Assembly: GCA_963813715.1 (NCBI GenBank)
Contig: CAWFAK010000007.1
Location: 160,001-224,000, forward strand
Length of the DNA: 64,000 nucleotides
Direction of reading: 5' to 3'
Source of the DNA: an uncultured Planctomycetaceae bacterium
GTDB lineage: Bacteria; Planctomycetota; Planctomycetia; Planctomycetales; Planctomycetaceae
A program made the translations under genes and the position numbers. The notes beneath the pieces are model-generated. The model made no database searches, was not told where the DNA came from, and saw only the letters and a program-made list of their open reading frames with translations. Of the stretch, positions 9,982-22,702 are shown piece after piece (the first letter of the stretch is position 1; each line of letters opens with the position of its first letter).

Positions 9982-11634
9982 CTAGCCGTTGCGGCTGAAG
10001 ATCATGATCGTGATGTCGTCGTTTTGGTCCCGCCCGTTGGCGTGTGTCCGCACGTCGGCCAACAGGGCCTTGCCGATCTCGGCGGCGTTTCCTTTGCTCG
10101 TGCGGAGGAAGTCGCGGACCCGCTTGTCGCCGTAGAGCTCGCCCTTGGGGTTCATCGCTTCGCTCACGCCGTCGGTGTAGAAGAGGATCGTTTCGCCGGG
10201 AGCGATGGGGCGCGACAAAACGTCGTACGGGTAGTCCTCGATCACGCCGACCGGCACGCCGACCGATTCCTCGTCGAATTCCTCGATCGTGCCGTCAGCC
10301 TTGCGGATCATCGGCGACATGTGGCCGGCAATCGCCAGCTGCACCTCGTGCGACCGCGTGTCGACGAGCGCCAGGATGTACGTCACGAACCGTCCCTCGA
10401 CGGCGCTCGAACACATGTGGTTGTTGACTGCTTTGATCGCCTCGCCGACGTCGTCCACGTATTGGAGCGTGCTGCGGACGACACTCGAAATTCGCGACAT
10501 CACGAGCGACGCGGGCACCCCCTTCCCCGCTACGTCGCCAAACGACAGGCAGACTTTGCCGTCCTCCAACAACATCGCGTCATAATAGTCGCCGCCGACG
10601 GCCAGGGCCGAATCGTACGAGGCATAGAACTCGTAGCCGGCTGCTTGCGGCAGCGTCTTGGGCAGGAGGGCCTGCTGGACGTTGCGGGCGATGGCCATCT
10701 CGCTGTCTTGCTTGAGCTTCTCCATGTGCGAGGTGAGCAGGCGGGCGTTCTCGTAGGAGAGGGCCGCTTGCCCGGCGACTGCCAACAGCAAGTCGAGATC
10801 GTCCTTGTTGAAGCGGGAGAGGACGTTTTGCGTATCGAGGTTGATCACGCCCATCGGCGTGCCGTCCAACGCCAACAGGGGCACGCACATCATCGAGCGA
10901 ATGGTCAGGCTGGAGATCGAAGCGGCTGCCTCGAACCGCGAATCGCTGGTGGCGTCGGCCGAAAGAATGCCCGTCCGCTCCGAGAGGACTTTGTTCAAGA
11001 TCGTGCGGCTGAGCTTCACCGTTTCGTCGGCGTCGGCCTTGCGGTGCTTCTGCGCGACGGGCACCATGTTTGCCGTCTCGGCGTCCTTGAGCAGCACGCA
11101 GCCCCGGTCGGCCTGCGGGAAGATGGTAAACAGCGTGTCGAGGATCCGCGGCACGATGGCCTGCATGTCGACGGTGCCCGCCAGGCTCCGCGCAATCTCG
11201 ATCACCGCTCGCAGTTTCGTCTCCGGCTGGACTTGCAGCAGGCCAAAGCCGCTGGTGTTGTCGGCAGACTCCATGATCGTGGCGGTGACGTCGCCGATCT
11301 CGACGCCCGTCGCGTCGTTGCCCGCCGCCAGACCTGGACGAGCCCCGGTCCCCGTTTCGAACCGCAGCAGGATCGGCCCGAGCTTGAGCCGGTCGTTGGC
11401 CTTTAGCTGCGTGCGCTCGTTGACCCGCTTGCCGTTGAGGAAGGTGCCGTTGCCGCTCCCCAGATCCTCGACGAAATAGTCATTGTTGTCGCGCGTGACC
11501 TGGGCGTGCCGCCGCGAGACCATGTTCGAGTCGAGCTGGATTTGGCACTCCGGCGCGCGGCCGAGGACGGTGACGTCGTCGGTCAGCCGGAAGCTAATCG
11601 CCTCGCCATCCTTCAGCAACATCAGAGTCGGCAT
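9982..11634 (-). CDS. FHA + GAF + SpoIIE (PP2C-type) protein phosphatase
   Basis: [38 protein letters not shown]2[29 protein letters not shown]. Confidence 0.93.
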   Translation of the reverse strand: MPTLMLLKDGEAISFRLTDDVTVLGRAPECQIQLDSNMVSRRHAQVTRDNNDYFVEDLGSGNGTFLNGKRVNERTQLKANDRLKLGPILLRFETGTGARPGLAAGNDATGVEIGDVTATIMESADNTSGFGLLQVQPETKLRAVIEIARSLAGTVDMQAIVPRILDTLFTIFPQADRGCVLLKDAETANMVPVAQKHRKADADETVKLSRTILNKVLSERTGILSADATSDSRFEAAASISSLTIRSMMCVPLLALDGTPMGVINLDTQNVLSRFNKDDLDLLLAVAGQAALSYENARLLTSHMEKLKQDSEMAIARNVQQALLPKTLPQAAGYEFYASYDSALAVGGDYYDAMLLEDGKVCLSFGDVAGKGVPASLVMSRISSVVRSTLQYVDDVGEAIKAVNNHMCSSAVEGRFVTYILALVDTRSHEVQLAIAGHMSPMIRKADGTIEEFDEESVGVPVGVIEDYPYDVLSRPIAPGETILFYTDGVSEAMNPKGELYGDKRVRDFLRTSKGNAAEIGKALLADVRTHANGRDQNDDITIMIFSRNG

Positions 11635-11789
11635 GGCCGGGCCCCTGCGCACGTGGGAAGCTCGCGCGCCTTCGCGCAGATACGCCAGTCGATTCTAGGG
11701 CGGTGAAATGCGTGCCGCAACGGTCGGATTTCCGCAATTCGTCGGCGGGCACGGGCGAGCTTTCGCCGTTCCCCGCCCCTCCGAGACGC

Positions 11790-13076
11790 TCAGCCCGCGA
11801 TACCAAAGATCCGCTCGACGTTGCCCCGCAGCACGAGCCGGCCCAGTTCGAGAGCGCGGGTTTCCGACCAGCCGCGGGCAATGACAAAGTCATTGGCCAG
11901 GACCGACGCCAGGATCCGCCGATACATACGGAACTTGGGGAGCGCGAACTCGAGCTTGTACATGTCGCTGTAATAGCCGATCTGCTTGGTTGCGGGGACG
12001 GCCTGCAGCCGGCTGCGGCAATCCAGCTCGATGTAGGCCGGAATGTTCGAGTACCACCAATGGCCGTTGGTCACCACATTGGGGAAGATCCAGCTGTGGC
12101 TCACCAGTTCCTGGTTGCTCGTCTGGGCCAGGACGGAAATCGGAAACGTCACCTGCGGGAAGACATTGAACAGACGGCGATAAAGCACGAGCGAGGTCCG
12201 CTGGTCGAACAGGTCCTGCCCCTGGAAGACCCCGTCTTCGTAGATCCGGCGGTTGACGCCGATCATCAGGTCGAATGGCAGGCGGTGCTCGGCGCATTGC
12301 TCCGCCAGCGTCCAAAAAACGAATTGCGCCAGCGTGCGCGACTGGTCGGCACTCGGCTCGCGGCCCGCGCCGATCGCTTCCAAAATCGGGTCGACGGACG
12401 CAGCGGCGACGCTCTGTGGCTCGAAATCGGGCGGGAGCGAGATCGCGCACGCCCGAGCGCCGCGCTGGGTGAAGTGCTCGAACAGCCTGCCGACCGCCGA
12501 TGTCAATCGCGACGCGGAAGTCGCTTCGATGCCCGTCGCCTTCGCCAGCCGCTGCCGGACCGCCGGCTTGGCCAAATGGAACACGAGGTCGTCCGTCCGC
12601 AGACAGGGGACGTAGCGCGCCGTGTCGAAGCCGGCGAGCGGATCGTCAAAGTCGTTCGTGAGAAACACCCGCTCGAGCCGGCTCTTGGCGAGCACCTGGG
12701 TTTCCCAGTCGGGGGCGGACATTTTGGCGCTGGCCCGGTCATAGAGCGATTCCCAATTGGCTGTCGTCACACGGTCGTCCGCAAAGTCGAAAAACTCACG
12801 GCACATCTCCAGGAGCCAGCTGTATTGGATCGTGTTTTCCAAGAGCGGCAGCCACTCGACCAGCCGTCGCACTTTCTCCTTCGGGGCCAGTTCTGGTTCC
12901 TCGATCCGCGCACGCGGCATGCCGACCGAGTGCGCAAGCTCGGTGTAGTAGTGATAGCCAAGGATGTCGGCAAGCGTTTTCGATGCGGCCGCGTGTGGAT
13001 TGATGTGCGTGTGAGGATCGATCAAGACGATCGATTCCAGCTCGCCAAACAGACGCGCCTGCAGTTCCTGCGACAT
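11790..13076 (-). CDS. Amidohydrolase-fold protein, glucuronate (uronate) isomerase-like
   Basis: IDPHTH metal motif, LGYHYY, FLTNDFDD, NGHWWY, YYSDMYKLEF. Confidence 0.75.
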   Translation of the reverse strand: MSQELQARLFGELESIVLIDPHTHINPHAAASKTLADILGYHYYTELAHSVGMPRARIEEPELAPKEKVRRLVEWLPLLENTIQYSWLLEMCREFFDFADDRVTTANWESLYDRASAKMSAPDWETQVLAKSRLERVFLTNDFDDPLAGFDTARYVPCLRTDDLVFHLAKPAVRQRLAKATGIEATSASRLTSAVGRLFEHFTQRGARACAISLPPDFEPQSVAAASVDPILEAIGAGREPSADQSRTLAQFVFWTLAEQCAEHRLPFDLMIGVNRRIYEDGVFQGQDLFDQRTSLVLYRRLFNVFPQVTFPISVLAQTSNQELVSHSWIFPNVVTNGHWWYSNIPAYIELDCRSRLQAVPATKQIGYYSDMYKLEFALPKFRMYRRILASVLANDFVIARGWSETRALELGRLVLRGNVERIFGIAG

Positions 13077-13105
13077 GGTGTTTCCGGAAGCTCGATGGGC
13101 TGCGT

Positions 13106-16028
13106 TCAGCGCTTGGCCGCCGCGGCTTGGGTCGCGTCCTTGGACGGCTGCGGCGGGCCGAACGTTGCCAGGCTTTTGCCCGTCGTGCCGTCCCAGAGCC
13201 GCAGCACGCCGTCTTCGCCGCCGGCCGCAATCAGGGATTCGTCCGCGGTCGCCGCCGCAGAATACAGGTAGTCGGTCGCGCCCGCCAGGGTGCGGTAATT
13301 CTCGCCGTCGACTGCCTGGTGCAGCCGCACGGTCTTGTCGCCGCTCGCGGACACAATGTTCGCACCGGCGCCGAGAAATTGCACCGACGTCACCTGCTTG
13401 CCGTGCGTGGCGATGCTCTTTTGTTGCTCGCCCGTCTCGAAATTCCAGACCTTGATCTGATTGTCGGCGCCGGCGCTTGCCAACAGGGAGCCGTCGCCCT
13501 TCCAGCTGACCCCCAGAACCTGGTGCGTATGCCCCTCGAACGACCGGGCTTGTTTGCCGGTCCGCGTCTCGAAGACTTTCACGAACTTGTCCGCCGCGCA
13601 GCTCGCCAGGTATTGGCCGTCGCGGGAGAAGTCGACGCCGAAGACGGTGTCGCTGTGAGCGTCTTTGAATTCGCGGTCGAGCGTGAGCGACGCGATCTTC
13701 CAGGTCTTCAACTCGCCGTTGCGCGAAGGCTCGCCGCCACCTGTCGCCAAAAACTTACCGTCGTGACTGAAGGCCAGGCACAGCACCCGGCCGATGAGGG
13801 CCGACGAGCCTACTTCGAGCGGGGCGTCGGCCTTCGGGCCGATGCGTCCCAAAAAGGTCCAACGCGGATTCGTCTCCCAGGCGACCAGCTGTTTGTCGAC
13901 CCCGGCGGAGACGAGCGTCGAATCCTTGCCGAAGGCCACGCGTCCCACCGCCGCCGAATGGCCGGCGAGGCTGTCGAGCGGGCGGCCGCTGTGCGCGTCG
14001 CACAGCTCGATTTCCGGATCGTCGCCCGCCAGTGCCAGCACGTTGCCGTCGGCCGAAAACGCCAGCGATCGGATCGGCTGCTGACGCTTGTCCCGGCTCG
14101 CCGTCGCGGCGGAGAGGGCCGCGTTCGCCGCGTCGCGGGCCCCTTCGAGCTCTTTCTTCGACTGTTGCAGGTCCTTGAGCTTCGTTTCGGCTGCGGCCAG
14201 TGTCTTCTTGGCCGACTCGTGCCCCAGCACGGCCGAGGCGGCCGCCTTGCTGGCGCTGGCCTTGGGCGTCTCGAGCGCCGCCAAGGCTTTCTCCGCTTGG
14301 TCGAGCTTCGACTTGAGGCCGGCGTCCTTCGGCTTGGCTTGCGAAAGCTTTTTCGCATCTGCGACGGCCGCCTGGGCTGCCTTTTCCTTGGGTGCAAACT
14401 CGGCGAGCGCCTTGTCGGCGGCGGTTTGCGCCTCGGCCGCCTTCTTGAGCGCCTCTTGATGCTCTTTCACTTCCTGGGTAGCCGTGGTGATTCGTGCGGC
14501 GACGGCCGCGACATGCTGACCGGCGACGGTTTGCTCGTCGGTGAGGGCAGTAACGCGGCGCTGTGCGGTCAGACTGCCTTTGATTTCGGCGATCGGTCCG
14601 CCGCCCGTCGATCTTCCACAACCGGGCGACGCGGTTTGTGCCGGCCGAGGCCAGCACCTGCCCATCCGGCCGCACAGCCACCGCGGTCACCGGGCCCCCC
14701 TGATCAAACTTGGCGAGCTGCCGGGCCGTGGCGATTTGCCACACGCGCACGCTGCCGTCCGCGCTCCCGGAAACCAACTTGTCGCCCGTCGGGAGAACGA
14801 GAGCGAGCGCCGTGATCGGCCGATCGTTGGCCTTCCATTCGCGGAGCGGTTTCGTAGGTTGTTGCGACTTGCTCGTTGGCGTGGACGGCTTGCTCACGAA
14901 ATCGGACGACCAGACGCGGATCGAACCGTCGGAGCTGCCGACAATCACCTGCGTCCCATCCGCGCTGATCGCGAGCGCCTGCAACGGGGACTTCGTCGTG
15001 ACGATTCCTCGCAGTGCGCCATCGGCGACGTTCCAGGCCCGCCATGTGCGATCGAGCGATGCCGCGTAAAGGGTTTTGCCATCCGGTGCGAACTGCAGCG
15101 CAGAGGTGACGTCCGCCGGACCGGTCAGCTTCCGCACTTCGGCTCCGTCGGTTCGTCGCAAGGCAATCGAGCGATCGGCCAGTGCGACCGCCACGAGACT
15201 GCCGTCGGGACTGACGGCCAGCGCCGTCGGACTGTCTGCGAGTGTGACCTTGTGCTTCTCGACATTGTGCGGCCGCTGCCAGAGCTTGACGACGCGATAA
15301 CCGCCGGCCGCCAGCAGCGTGCCGTCGGGGCTGAACGCCAACGCGTGGATCACATCGCGATCGGCCGCGCCGCCGGGATACATGGGCCGGCCATCGAGCT
15401 GAATTCCTGACAACAGCGGATCGATCAAGCGATCGACCTCGCGCCCGGACGGCACGTCGTAGACGACGACCTGATTGGCCCTGCCCGCCGCTACGAATCG
15501 ACCGCCGTTCGGCGAGAGGGCCACCGCGAGGATCGACTTCTCTCCCGGCGGGATCGGTTGGAACTGAATCGCATCGCCGCCGCTTCCCGCGCCGCCGCGG
15601 GCCCCTTCGAGAATCCACTGCTTGATGATGCCCAACTGCGTCGGCGTGAGGGCGGCGGCTTCGACCTTGTTGGGCAGCGGCGGCATCGCCGGCTCTTTAC
15701 CGCGCGAGGCGAACAGGAAAAGCGGACTGCCGTCCGGATTCTTGGGCAAGACGGCCGGGCCGCGCTTGCCCCCTTTGCGGATCGCGTCGGCCGTCTCGAC
15801 GCTGAACTTGCTCTCGGCGATGCCGGCGTTGTGGCAGGCGAGACAGTTGGACTCGAGAATCGGATAGACATCCTTCTCGAAGTCGACGGGATGACCGAGC
15901 TGCACGGCTGCCGGAACGATAGCCGGCGTCTTCGTGGTCGGCTCGCCGCCCAAAGTGACCGACACGCTGATCAACAGCAAAGCGGCGGCGGCCGTGGTCA
16001 GAGGGTTCGGCGAACAAGATCGCATCAA
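13106..16028 (-). CDS. Secreted planctomycete cytochrome c domain + WD40 repeats + Ala/Lys coiled coil; apparent frameshift near 14600
   Basis: Signal peptide, VDFEKDVYPILESNCLACH, AMPP, WILEGA; many WD40 repeats (LAFSPDG, VKLW, GHTHQVLGVSW) across ORFs 13755..16028 and 13106..14665. Confidence 0.88.
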
Positions 16029-16091
16029 ATGCCTCGCCAGGTTGCGGCGGCCGATTCCAGGACCGCCGATGAATTTGCAGCCGACCGCCGG

Positions 16092-19000
16092 TTAGGGGTT
16101 AACTTGGAGAGTGATCGGAGCATCGACCTCCGCCTGCCCCTCGAACTGGGCCGCGCCGCGTACGACCAGATTGGCCACCGGGCCGGGCTTCGCGGTTTTC
16201 TCGGCGGCGATTCTCAGCACAGCCTCGCTTTTTTGCGCGGGAATTGTCACTGCGCCGGCTTTGATGCCAGTCACGCCGGGCGGCAGCGGCAGCTCGAGAG
16301 TCACCGGACCTTTGAAGGCCCGCGTCCGCCGCACTTTCACTCTGACGTCGACTTGCTCGCCACGCTTCAATTTGCCTCCCTTGGCGACCGACGCGCTCAC
16401 CTCGAAAGGGGCGGCCTTCACGGTCAACAAAATCGGCGTCGACGGGGGGAAGTCGGTCATGGCCTGGGGGGCCGCCGTCTGCTTGGCCTGGGCCAGCCGA
16501 GTGTCGGCAGCGCTTTTGGCGGCCGCAAGCTGCTGCGAACGGGCCTGCGCAGCTGCCGCTTCTGCATCCGCCTGCTTCTTTGCTTCGGTTGCCGACTTGA
16601 GCGAGGCTTCGGCATCGGTCAGGCGATGGTGCGCCGTTTCGCTCTCTGCAACGAGTTTGGTGAAGTCCGCCAACGACGGCTGTTTGTTTGAACCAGTCGG
16701 CGCGGCACCGGCCGGTCGCGCCTTCGCCGCGGCTTCGTCGGCCGACTTTTGAAGTTCGGCCGCGAGTTGCCGGGCGGCGGCAGCCCGGGCTTTCAGTTCA
16801 GGACGGGCCGACTCGGAAGCCGATTGGACGTTGGCCTCTGCCTCCTCGGCCGATTTGCGGGCGACATCGGCGACGCGGGCCGTCGTTTCGGCCAGTGCGG
16901 TCGCCTGGTTCATCGCGGCCGACTTCGGCTTTGCTTTGTTCTCGGCAAGCGATTTATATCTGCGCTGTGCGTCGGCCAGCGTCCGTTCGAGTTCGGTCGC
17001 GCGGGTTTTGAGTGGCTTGATCGCTGCGGCGAGTTCGGCCAGCTTTTTCGTCGCCTGCTCTTTCAGCCCGCCGGCTGCCTTTGCCTGCGCCGTGGCGTCG
17101 ACCGCCGCCTTTGCCGCGGCGGTCTGTTCACGTTCCGCACGTTCGAGCGCGAAGACGTTCCGCCGATAGGAGACGGGCGCCTGCAGGTTCCAATAGATGG
17201 CGTAGGTGCCAGGCCGTGTGCCGCGGGCCACCAGCATCCGCAACAGCTCCTCCGACTGCCCTTTGGGGAACGCCTTGTTTTGGATGTTCAAATTTCCAAT
17301 CGGCAACCCGGCCAGTGCCATGGTGACGTCGCCGTCGAAACCGTTGCGTCGCACGAGCTTCAAGGGAAGCAGAATCTGCCGGCCTTGATTCACCTCGATT
17401 CGAGCAACATCCGTCGACAACTGGAACGGGGCCGTCTCTTTCATCACCGAGAGCGCCAGCGACTGACCGACGCGCGAGACGGCGGGCGCCATCAACTCGG
17501 CGTTCCACACGATCGTTCCGGGGATGGCGTCGCGGACCACGTCTCGCGGAGCCGCCGCATCGCGCTGAGCCTTGGCTTGCGCGAGCCGTTGGTCCGCTTT
17601 GGCTTGCAACTGCTTGAGCAGGTCGACCGACTTTGAGGCGGACGTAACGGCCGCAACAGCATCCGCGACGGCCTTGGCAAATGTGGTGTTCTTGGGATCG
17701 GTTTCGGCGAGTTCTCGATTGAGCGTGAGCAGTTCATTCGCCTTTTGGGCGGTCCTTTCGCCGAACGTGCGCGCGGCTTGCGCCTTCGCGGCAGCCTCCG
17801 CAGCCTTGGCGAGCTGTCGTTCGGCTGCGAGCAGAGCCGACGCTCCCTGCGGATCGGGGACCTTGGCCGTGCCGAAGACATGAATCAGCGCCGACGATTC
17901 CGCAGCGTCTTCGGCGGCAGTGAAAATCAGCTCGCCCGATTTGGCATTCGCGGCCAGCGCCGTTCCCCGACAGGTCACTCCCTTGGGCAAACGGTCGGCC
18001 CGCACTTCGATCGGCTCGCGAAAACCGTCCTTGCGAATGACGAGCACTTGGACCTCGCGACTGTCGCCTTTGCGAAGGCCCAGCGCCCAAGTCGACACAG
18101 CCTGCATCGTGCCCCGCTTGGGATACTCGGGCAGCACGACCAGTTGGAAATCGGGCTCTTCGGGCTGGATCGACAGTCGATAAACCAGTCGCGGGTCGCC
18201 CCGGCTCTCGAACGAGCGGTCGCGGAGCATGACGCGGTAAGTGCCGTCGGCCGGCGCGGAAGCGATAGCTCGGATCGTCGGTCCGCGTGTCGAAGACGGC
18301 CGGCGCAACGTTGGCGTTGTCGTCGTCGACGGCCGTCATCCGCGTCACGAACTCCAACCCCTTGGAATTGTGCTCGACTTGCTCGACGACCAGATACGGA
18401 TCGGCCTGCGAACCGAGACGATCGGCAAAGACCTCGATCGTGAAGACCTGCCCTTCCTTAGCATGGAACTTGAAGTAATCGGTATCGCCCGGCGCCTGGA
18501 ACTGGCCCGCAAATTCACCGGGGACCGAAATCTCCTGCGCCGTTTGCGGCGTGTCGTTGGGCTCGCGCTCGAGGACCGGAGCCGACCGCGTGAGCGAGAT
18601 CAGCACGGGGTTCGATTCGCCCGTCGGCGTCTGCACGACGTAAGAAACGACGCCCAGCCCGGCGTCCCACGAGCGAAGAGTGGTGTGGGTGGGAGCCGGC
18701 GGAGCCGCTGCGGGCAACGTGATTTCGACCACGGCCTTTTCGAGCGGGTGGCCGTCGACTTTCACGTCGGACAGTTTGCCCCCGGGCAGATTGCGGCCGT
18801 ACAGCGTGTACTTCGCGGTCGAGCCGGCCACGCCCGCGGGCGGCATGATGAAATCGATGTAGGGCAGCGAGCCGGCCGATAACCGGTAGCCATATTCGGC
18901 ACCGCCGCGATAGAGAAAGTCGTAGACCTTGAGAAAGTAGGTCGCGTTGGCGGGCAGCACGGCGTCGACGAGCGGATCGCGCTCGAGTTCCTGCCGCGCG

Positions 19001-19623
19001 TAGCCGAGCCGGTGTCCGGCCTCGTCGGTCAGTTCGAGGACCGGCTGCAGCCTCGAGTCGATGTCGGCCGCGCGGCAAAACGCAGTGAAGCGCTGCCCCT
19101 TTTTGCCGACGAAGCGGTACACATCGATATCGGTCTCGGCGCCGATCGTGCCATTGACGATCGCGCCTGAAGGAAGTTCGTTGGCCCGATCGAAGCCGTT
19201 ATTCGGTTCGACCTCGCGGGCCTCGGGTTGCGATCCGACGATAAAGATTCGCGGATTGGAAAGTCCGAACAGACCGCCGGCGTACACTTCGTACACGCCG
19301 CTCGGCACGTTCGGGCGGATCGTCACGACAAATGTGTTGTCGATTGGTTCCTGGTGTCCGCTGGCGTCGCGCGTCTTTCGGACGGCCGTGATGCCCGGAT
19401 GGTTGAAGACCAGCCGATTAGCCTCGTCGAGATCGGCCGACTGGGTCAGCTGCAGGTCGAAGGTGGTGCCCGCTTTTCCGCCGCAAGGGAAGATCGCGTA
19501 GAGCCGCGCCTGGGGCAACTGAGCCTGCGCGGTCGCAGCCGCCCCGACGACCCAAGCCAGCGCGAAGACCGCGGACCAGGCCGAGCGAAAGGAACAACGG
19601 TGCTGACAGCGGGACAAAACCAT
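16092..19623 (-). CDS. Secreted PPC (pre-peptidase C-terminal)-domain protein with coiled-coil inserts; apparent frameshift near 18255
   Basis: IFPCGGKAGT, EVEPNN, DIDVYRF..KKGQ, EREPND, DTDYFKF, APADGTYRV, YRLSI...PDF across ORFs 17734..19623 and 16092..18308. Confidence 0.85.
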
Positions 19624-19846
19624 GCGGGAGACCGGTCAACCGATGCGACGGGCCGCGAGGCGGCCAGCCGAACGCTGGGGGCAGGACAGTTAGGCGGGTC
19701 TCCTTATCCTACCCGCGCCGGGCGCCGGCGTGGTAGGGCGCCCAGGGTACGGAAGCCGGAAAGAGGGAAAAGTTGCCCCCGTCCGCCTGCGGTCATAGGG
19801 CGGCGGCGGTCAGCGCAGAACCAGCGGGTGCCCGGCCAACCAGCGC

Positions 19847-22360
19847 CTAGTGGTTGAACAAGAACTCTTTGGTGTTGATCAGCGCCCACACGATGTCTTC
19901 GTAGGCGGCTTTCGTGTCCTTCGAGTGCTTGCCCAAATGGGCTTCCGCGATGTGCAGCTCGTCGTCGTTCGGCTCGCGGGAATAAACCCAGCGATAGAGC
20001 TCGCGGACGCGGAGATCGATCGGCCGCTTGTCGGTCGCCAAAAGAGCCGCCCGGCCGGAGGGACTGGCGATCTTCTCCTGGACTTCGCTGCTGTTAAGCA
20101 GATGCAGGCTCTGCGCGAGGTTGGCGTCTTGCGAACGTTCACACTCGCAGGCTGTGTCCCCCTGCGGCTGCCCGAATACCTTCAGGAAGTAGGGACCGAC
20201 GCCCGGATCGGGAAGCTGCAATGCGTGCGTGCCGGCCGGCATTCCCGTATACGGCTGCGAGGTGGCCGTCACCCGGTGGAAGGCGTCGTACAACACCTCG
20301 GCACCGAGCCGCCGCGGATAGAAGCGAGAAAAGTTCTGCCGATCCTTGCTGTTGAAGTCGTTGGGAACGGCGCTCAACTGGTAGGTGCTCGAACGGCAGA
20401 TCGTGCGAACGAGTTCTTTGAGATCGAAGCCGGTCTTGATGAAGTTGTCGGCCAGCGCGTCGAGCAATTCGGGATTGGAGGGCGGATTGGTTTCCCGCAT
20501 GTCGTCTTCGGGCTCGACGATTCCCCGACTAAAGAAATGCTTCCAGTAGCGGTTGGCCAGCGAGCGGGCGAAGAACGGGTTTTTCGGATTGGACATCCAG
20601 TCGGCCAGCTGCACGCGCGGGTCGCGGTCGGCAGCGATTGAGAGCGGCTGCCCGCCCAACGCCGTCGGGCGCAGCGACTTGCCCGTCCGCGGATTCGTGA
20701 CTTCGGCGACGCCCTCGTTGTGAAACAGCCGCCGATCCCGGAAGCGCCGGTTGGCGACGCCGTCCGGCAGCGGTTTGCGGCCCAGGCGGCTGAAGAAAGC
20801 CGAGAACCCGTAGTAGTCGTCCTGGCTCCATTTCTCGAACGGATGATGGTGGCAGCGGGCGCACTGAATCCGCAGTCCGAGGAACAGTTGGGCCGTGTCT
20901 TCGACCTGCTCGTTGATCTCGTCGACCTCGCGATACCAGACGGTCTGCGGCGACAAGCGGGGATCGCCGGCCGCGGTCAAGAGTTGGCGGACGAAGTGAT
21001 CGAAGGGCTTGTTGTCGTAGAGGCTGCTCCAGATCCATTCGTAGAACTCGTACGTCCCCTCAGTGTCGGAGGGCGCCCGCTTCTTGTTGCGCAGAATCAG
21101 GTTCCACTTGTTCGCAAAGTTGTCGGCGTAGGCCGGGCTATCCAGCAGCCGATCGATGAGCTTGTCGCGCTTCGCAGGATCTCGGTTGGCCAGAAACGCC
21201 GTGACTTCTTTTTCAGTCGGCGTGGTGCCGGCGATGTCGATCGACACCCGCCGCAGGAAGGTCGCGTCGTCGCACAAGGCCGAGGGCGGAATGCCCAGCA
21301 CCTTCAGCTTGCCGAAGACGGCCTTGTCGACCAGGTTCCGCTCGGGGGGCAGCGAGGCGACGGACGCTCCAAGGGGAATCGTCGAGCGAAACGTGGCGAC
21401 CTGCCCTTGATACCGGGCCATGATGGCGACCTGTCCGGCCAGATCGAGCGTCTTCACCAGTCCGGTCGAGGTGACTTCGGCCATCTCGGTGTCGTTGGGC
21501 TCGAACAGGGACATCCGCGTGACGTCTTCGGTCGTGCCGTCGCTGTAATGGGCGACGACGGTGATCTGCTGCTGGGAACCCCGCTCCATCACGCGGCCGG
21601 CGGGCTGGCATTCGATTTTGACGACCGTTGCGTCGGTGTCGTTGCCGTAGGGCGTGCCCTGCTCGATCCAGCGATAGAGCATGCGGTATTCGTAACTGCC
21701 CACGTCCATTCGCTTGCCGCCGCCGTGCGGATAGCGGCCGCTGGGCTTCAGGAGCAGCAGGCTTTCACCGGGCGACGTGGGGAACAAGCGGCGACCGCGG
21801 CTCTCTTTGACGAGGAACTCGTAATCGTCCTCCGGATAGAAACCGAGCAGCGAGAGCTTGAAACCGTTTTGTCCGCTCGCCTTGCCGTGACAGCCGCCGC
21901 TGTTGCAGCCGAGCTTGGTGAAGATCGGTACGATCTGATTCTTGAAATTGATCGGCAGCGGATGGGCAAACCGGTCGACCTTCACGGGGAATTCGGCCGA
22001 CGTGTGGCCCGGGCCCGACACGCGAATGTGGGCCTCGCCATCGCGGAGCGGAATGACCAGACCCTTGGCGTCGATGTCAACGATGCCGGTCGGATCGGCA
22101 GAATACCGCACGGCCCGCGTCAGGTCGCGCAACTGACCGGTCGAGTAAACGCCGGTGACGCACAGTTGCTGCCGGGCGTCACCGCCGCGGAGCAAAATCG
22201 GATTGCCGCCCGTCGTTTGCTCGACGTTCAGCGATTTCAAATCACCCGGATCGCCCTGCCCTTTCGTTGTGTTTGCGGCGACAGCTGTGCGCGCTCCGGC
22301 TCCGAGGCATGCGGCTGCAACCAGGGCGAGCAAGAACGGGGTGGAGGCACGACGCGTCAT
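19847..22360 (-). CDS. DUF1549/DUF1553 (PSD1-type) protein with Ig-like domains
   Basis: GCNSGGCHGKASGQNGFKLSL, DDATFLRRV, QLFLGLRIQCARCHHHPFEKW, NPPSNPELL, CECER, KEFLFNH C-terminus. Confidence 0.93.
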   Translation of the reverse strand: MTRRASTPFLLALVAAACLGAGARTAVAANTTKGQGDPGDLKSLNVEQTTGGNPILLRGGDARQQLCVTGVYSTGQLRDLTRAVRYSADPTGIVDIDAKGLVIPLRDGEAHIRVSGPGHTSAEFPVKVDRFAHPLPINFKNQIVPIFTKLGCNSGGCHGKASGQNGFKLSLLGFYPEDDYEFLVKESRGRRLFPTSPGESLLLLKPSGRYPHGGGKRMDVGSYEYRMLYRWIEQGTPYGNDTDATVVKIECQPAGRVMERGSQQQITVVAHYSDGTTEDVTRMSLFEPNDTEMAEVTSTGLVKTLDLAGQVAIMARYQGQVATFRSTIPLGASVASLPPERNLVDKAVFGKLKVLGIPPSALCDDATFLRRVSIDIAGTTPTEKEVTAFLANRDPAKRDKLIDRLLDSPAYADNFANKWNLILRNKKRAPSDTEGTYEFYEWIWSSLYDNKPFDHFVRQLLTAAGDPRLSPQTVWYREVDEINEQVEDTAQLFLGLRIQCARCHHHPFEKWSQDDYYGFSAFFSRLGRKPLPDGVANRRFRDRRLFHNEGVAEVTNPRTGKSLRPTALGGQPLSIAADRDPRVQLADWMSNPKNPFFARSLANRYWKHFFSRGIVEPEDDMRETNPPSNPELLDALADNFIKTGFDLKELVRTICRSSTYQLSAVPNDFNSKDRQNFSRFYPRRLGAEVLYDAFHRVTATSQPYTGMPAGTHALQLPDPGVGPYFLKVFGQPQGDTACECERSQDANLAQSLHLLNSSEVQEKIASPSGRAALLATDKRPIDLRVRELYRWVYSREPNDDELHIAEAHLGKHSKDTKAAYEDIVWALINTKEFLFNH

Positions 22361-22702
22361 GCATTCCCTCTCGTGGAGCGATCGGTCTCGGATTTTTCGA
22401 CGAGCGGTGAAGCGCGGGTTGGCAGGTCGAGGCTGGAGTTTCTATTTGGCGGCAACGGCCCAACACGGCTGGCTTACAGGCAGGAGCGAACAAGGGCGGC
22501 AGGCAAAAAGCGGGTTACAACGCTGGCTGATTGGGGTTACGCCGACGCTACGGCTCTCCCAAACGCAGCAATCTGAGCATATCAACGATTATCGATCCGT
22601 GCAACAAGCCGGCATTGGCAGGCCTTCTCTGGACGGCATAATCGGACGCGTTTGTCACGGGTTTTCGCTGGCCGTCTGGCCGATTGCCCACTCGTCTCCA
22701 GC

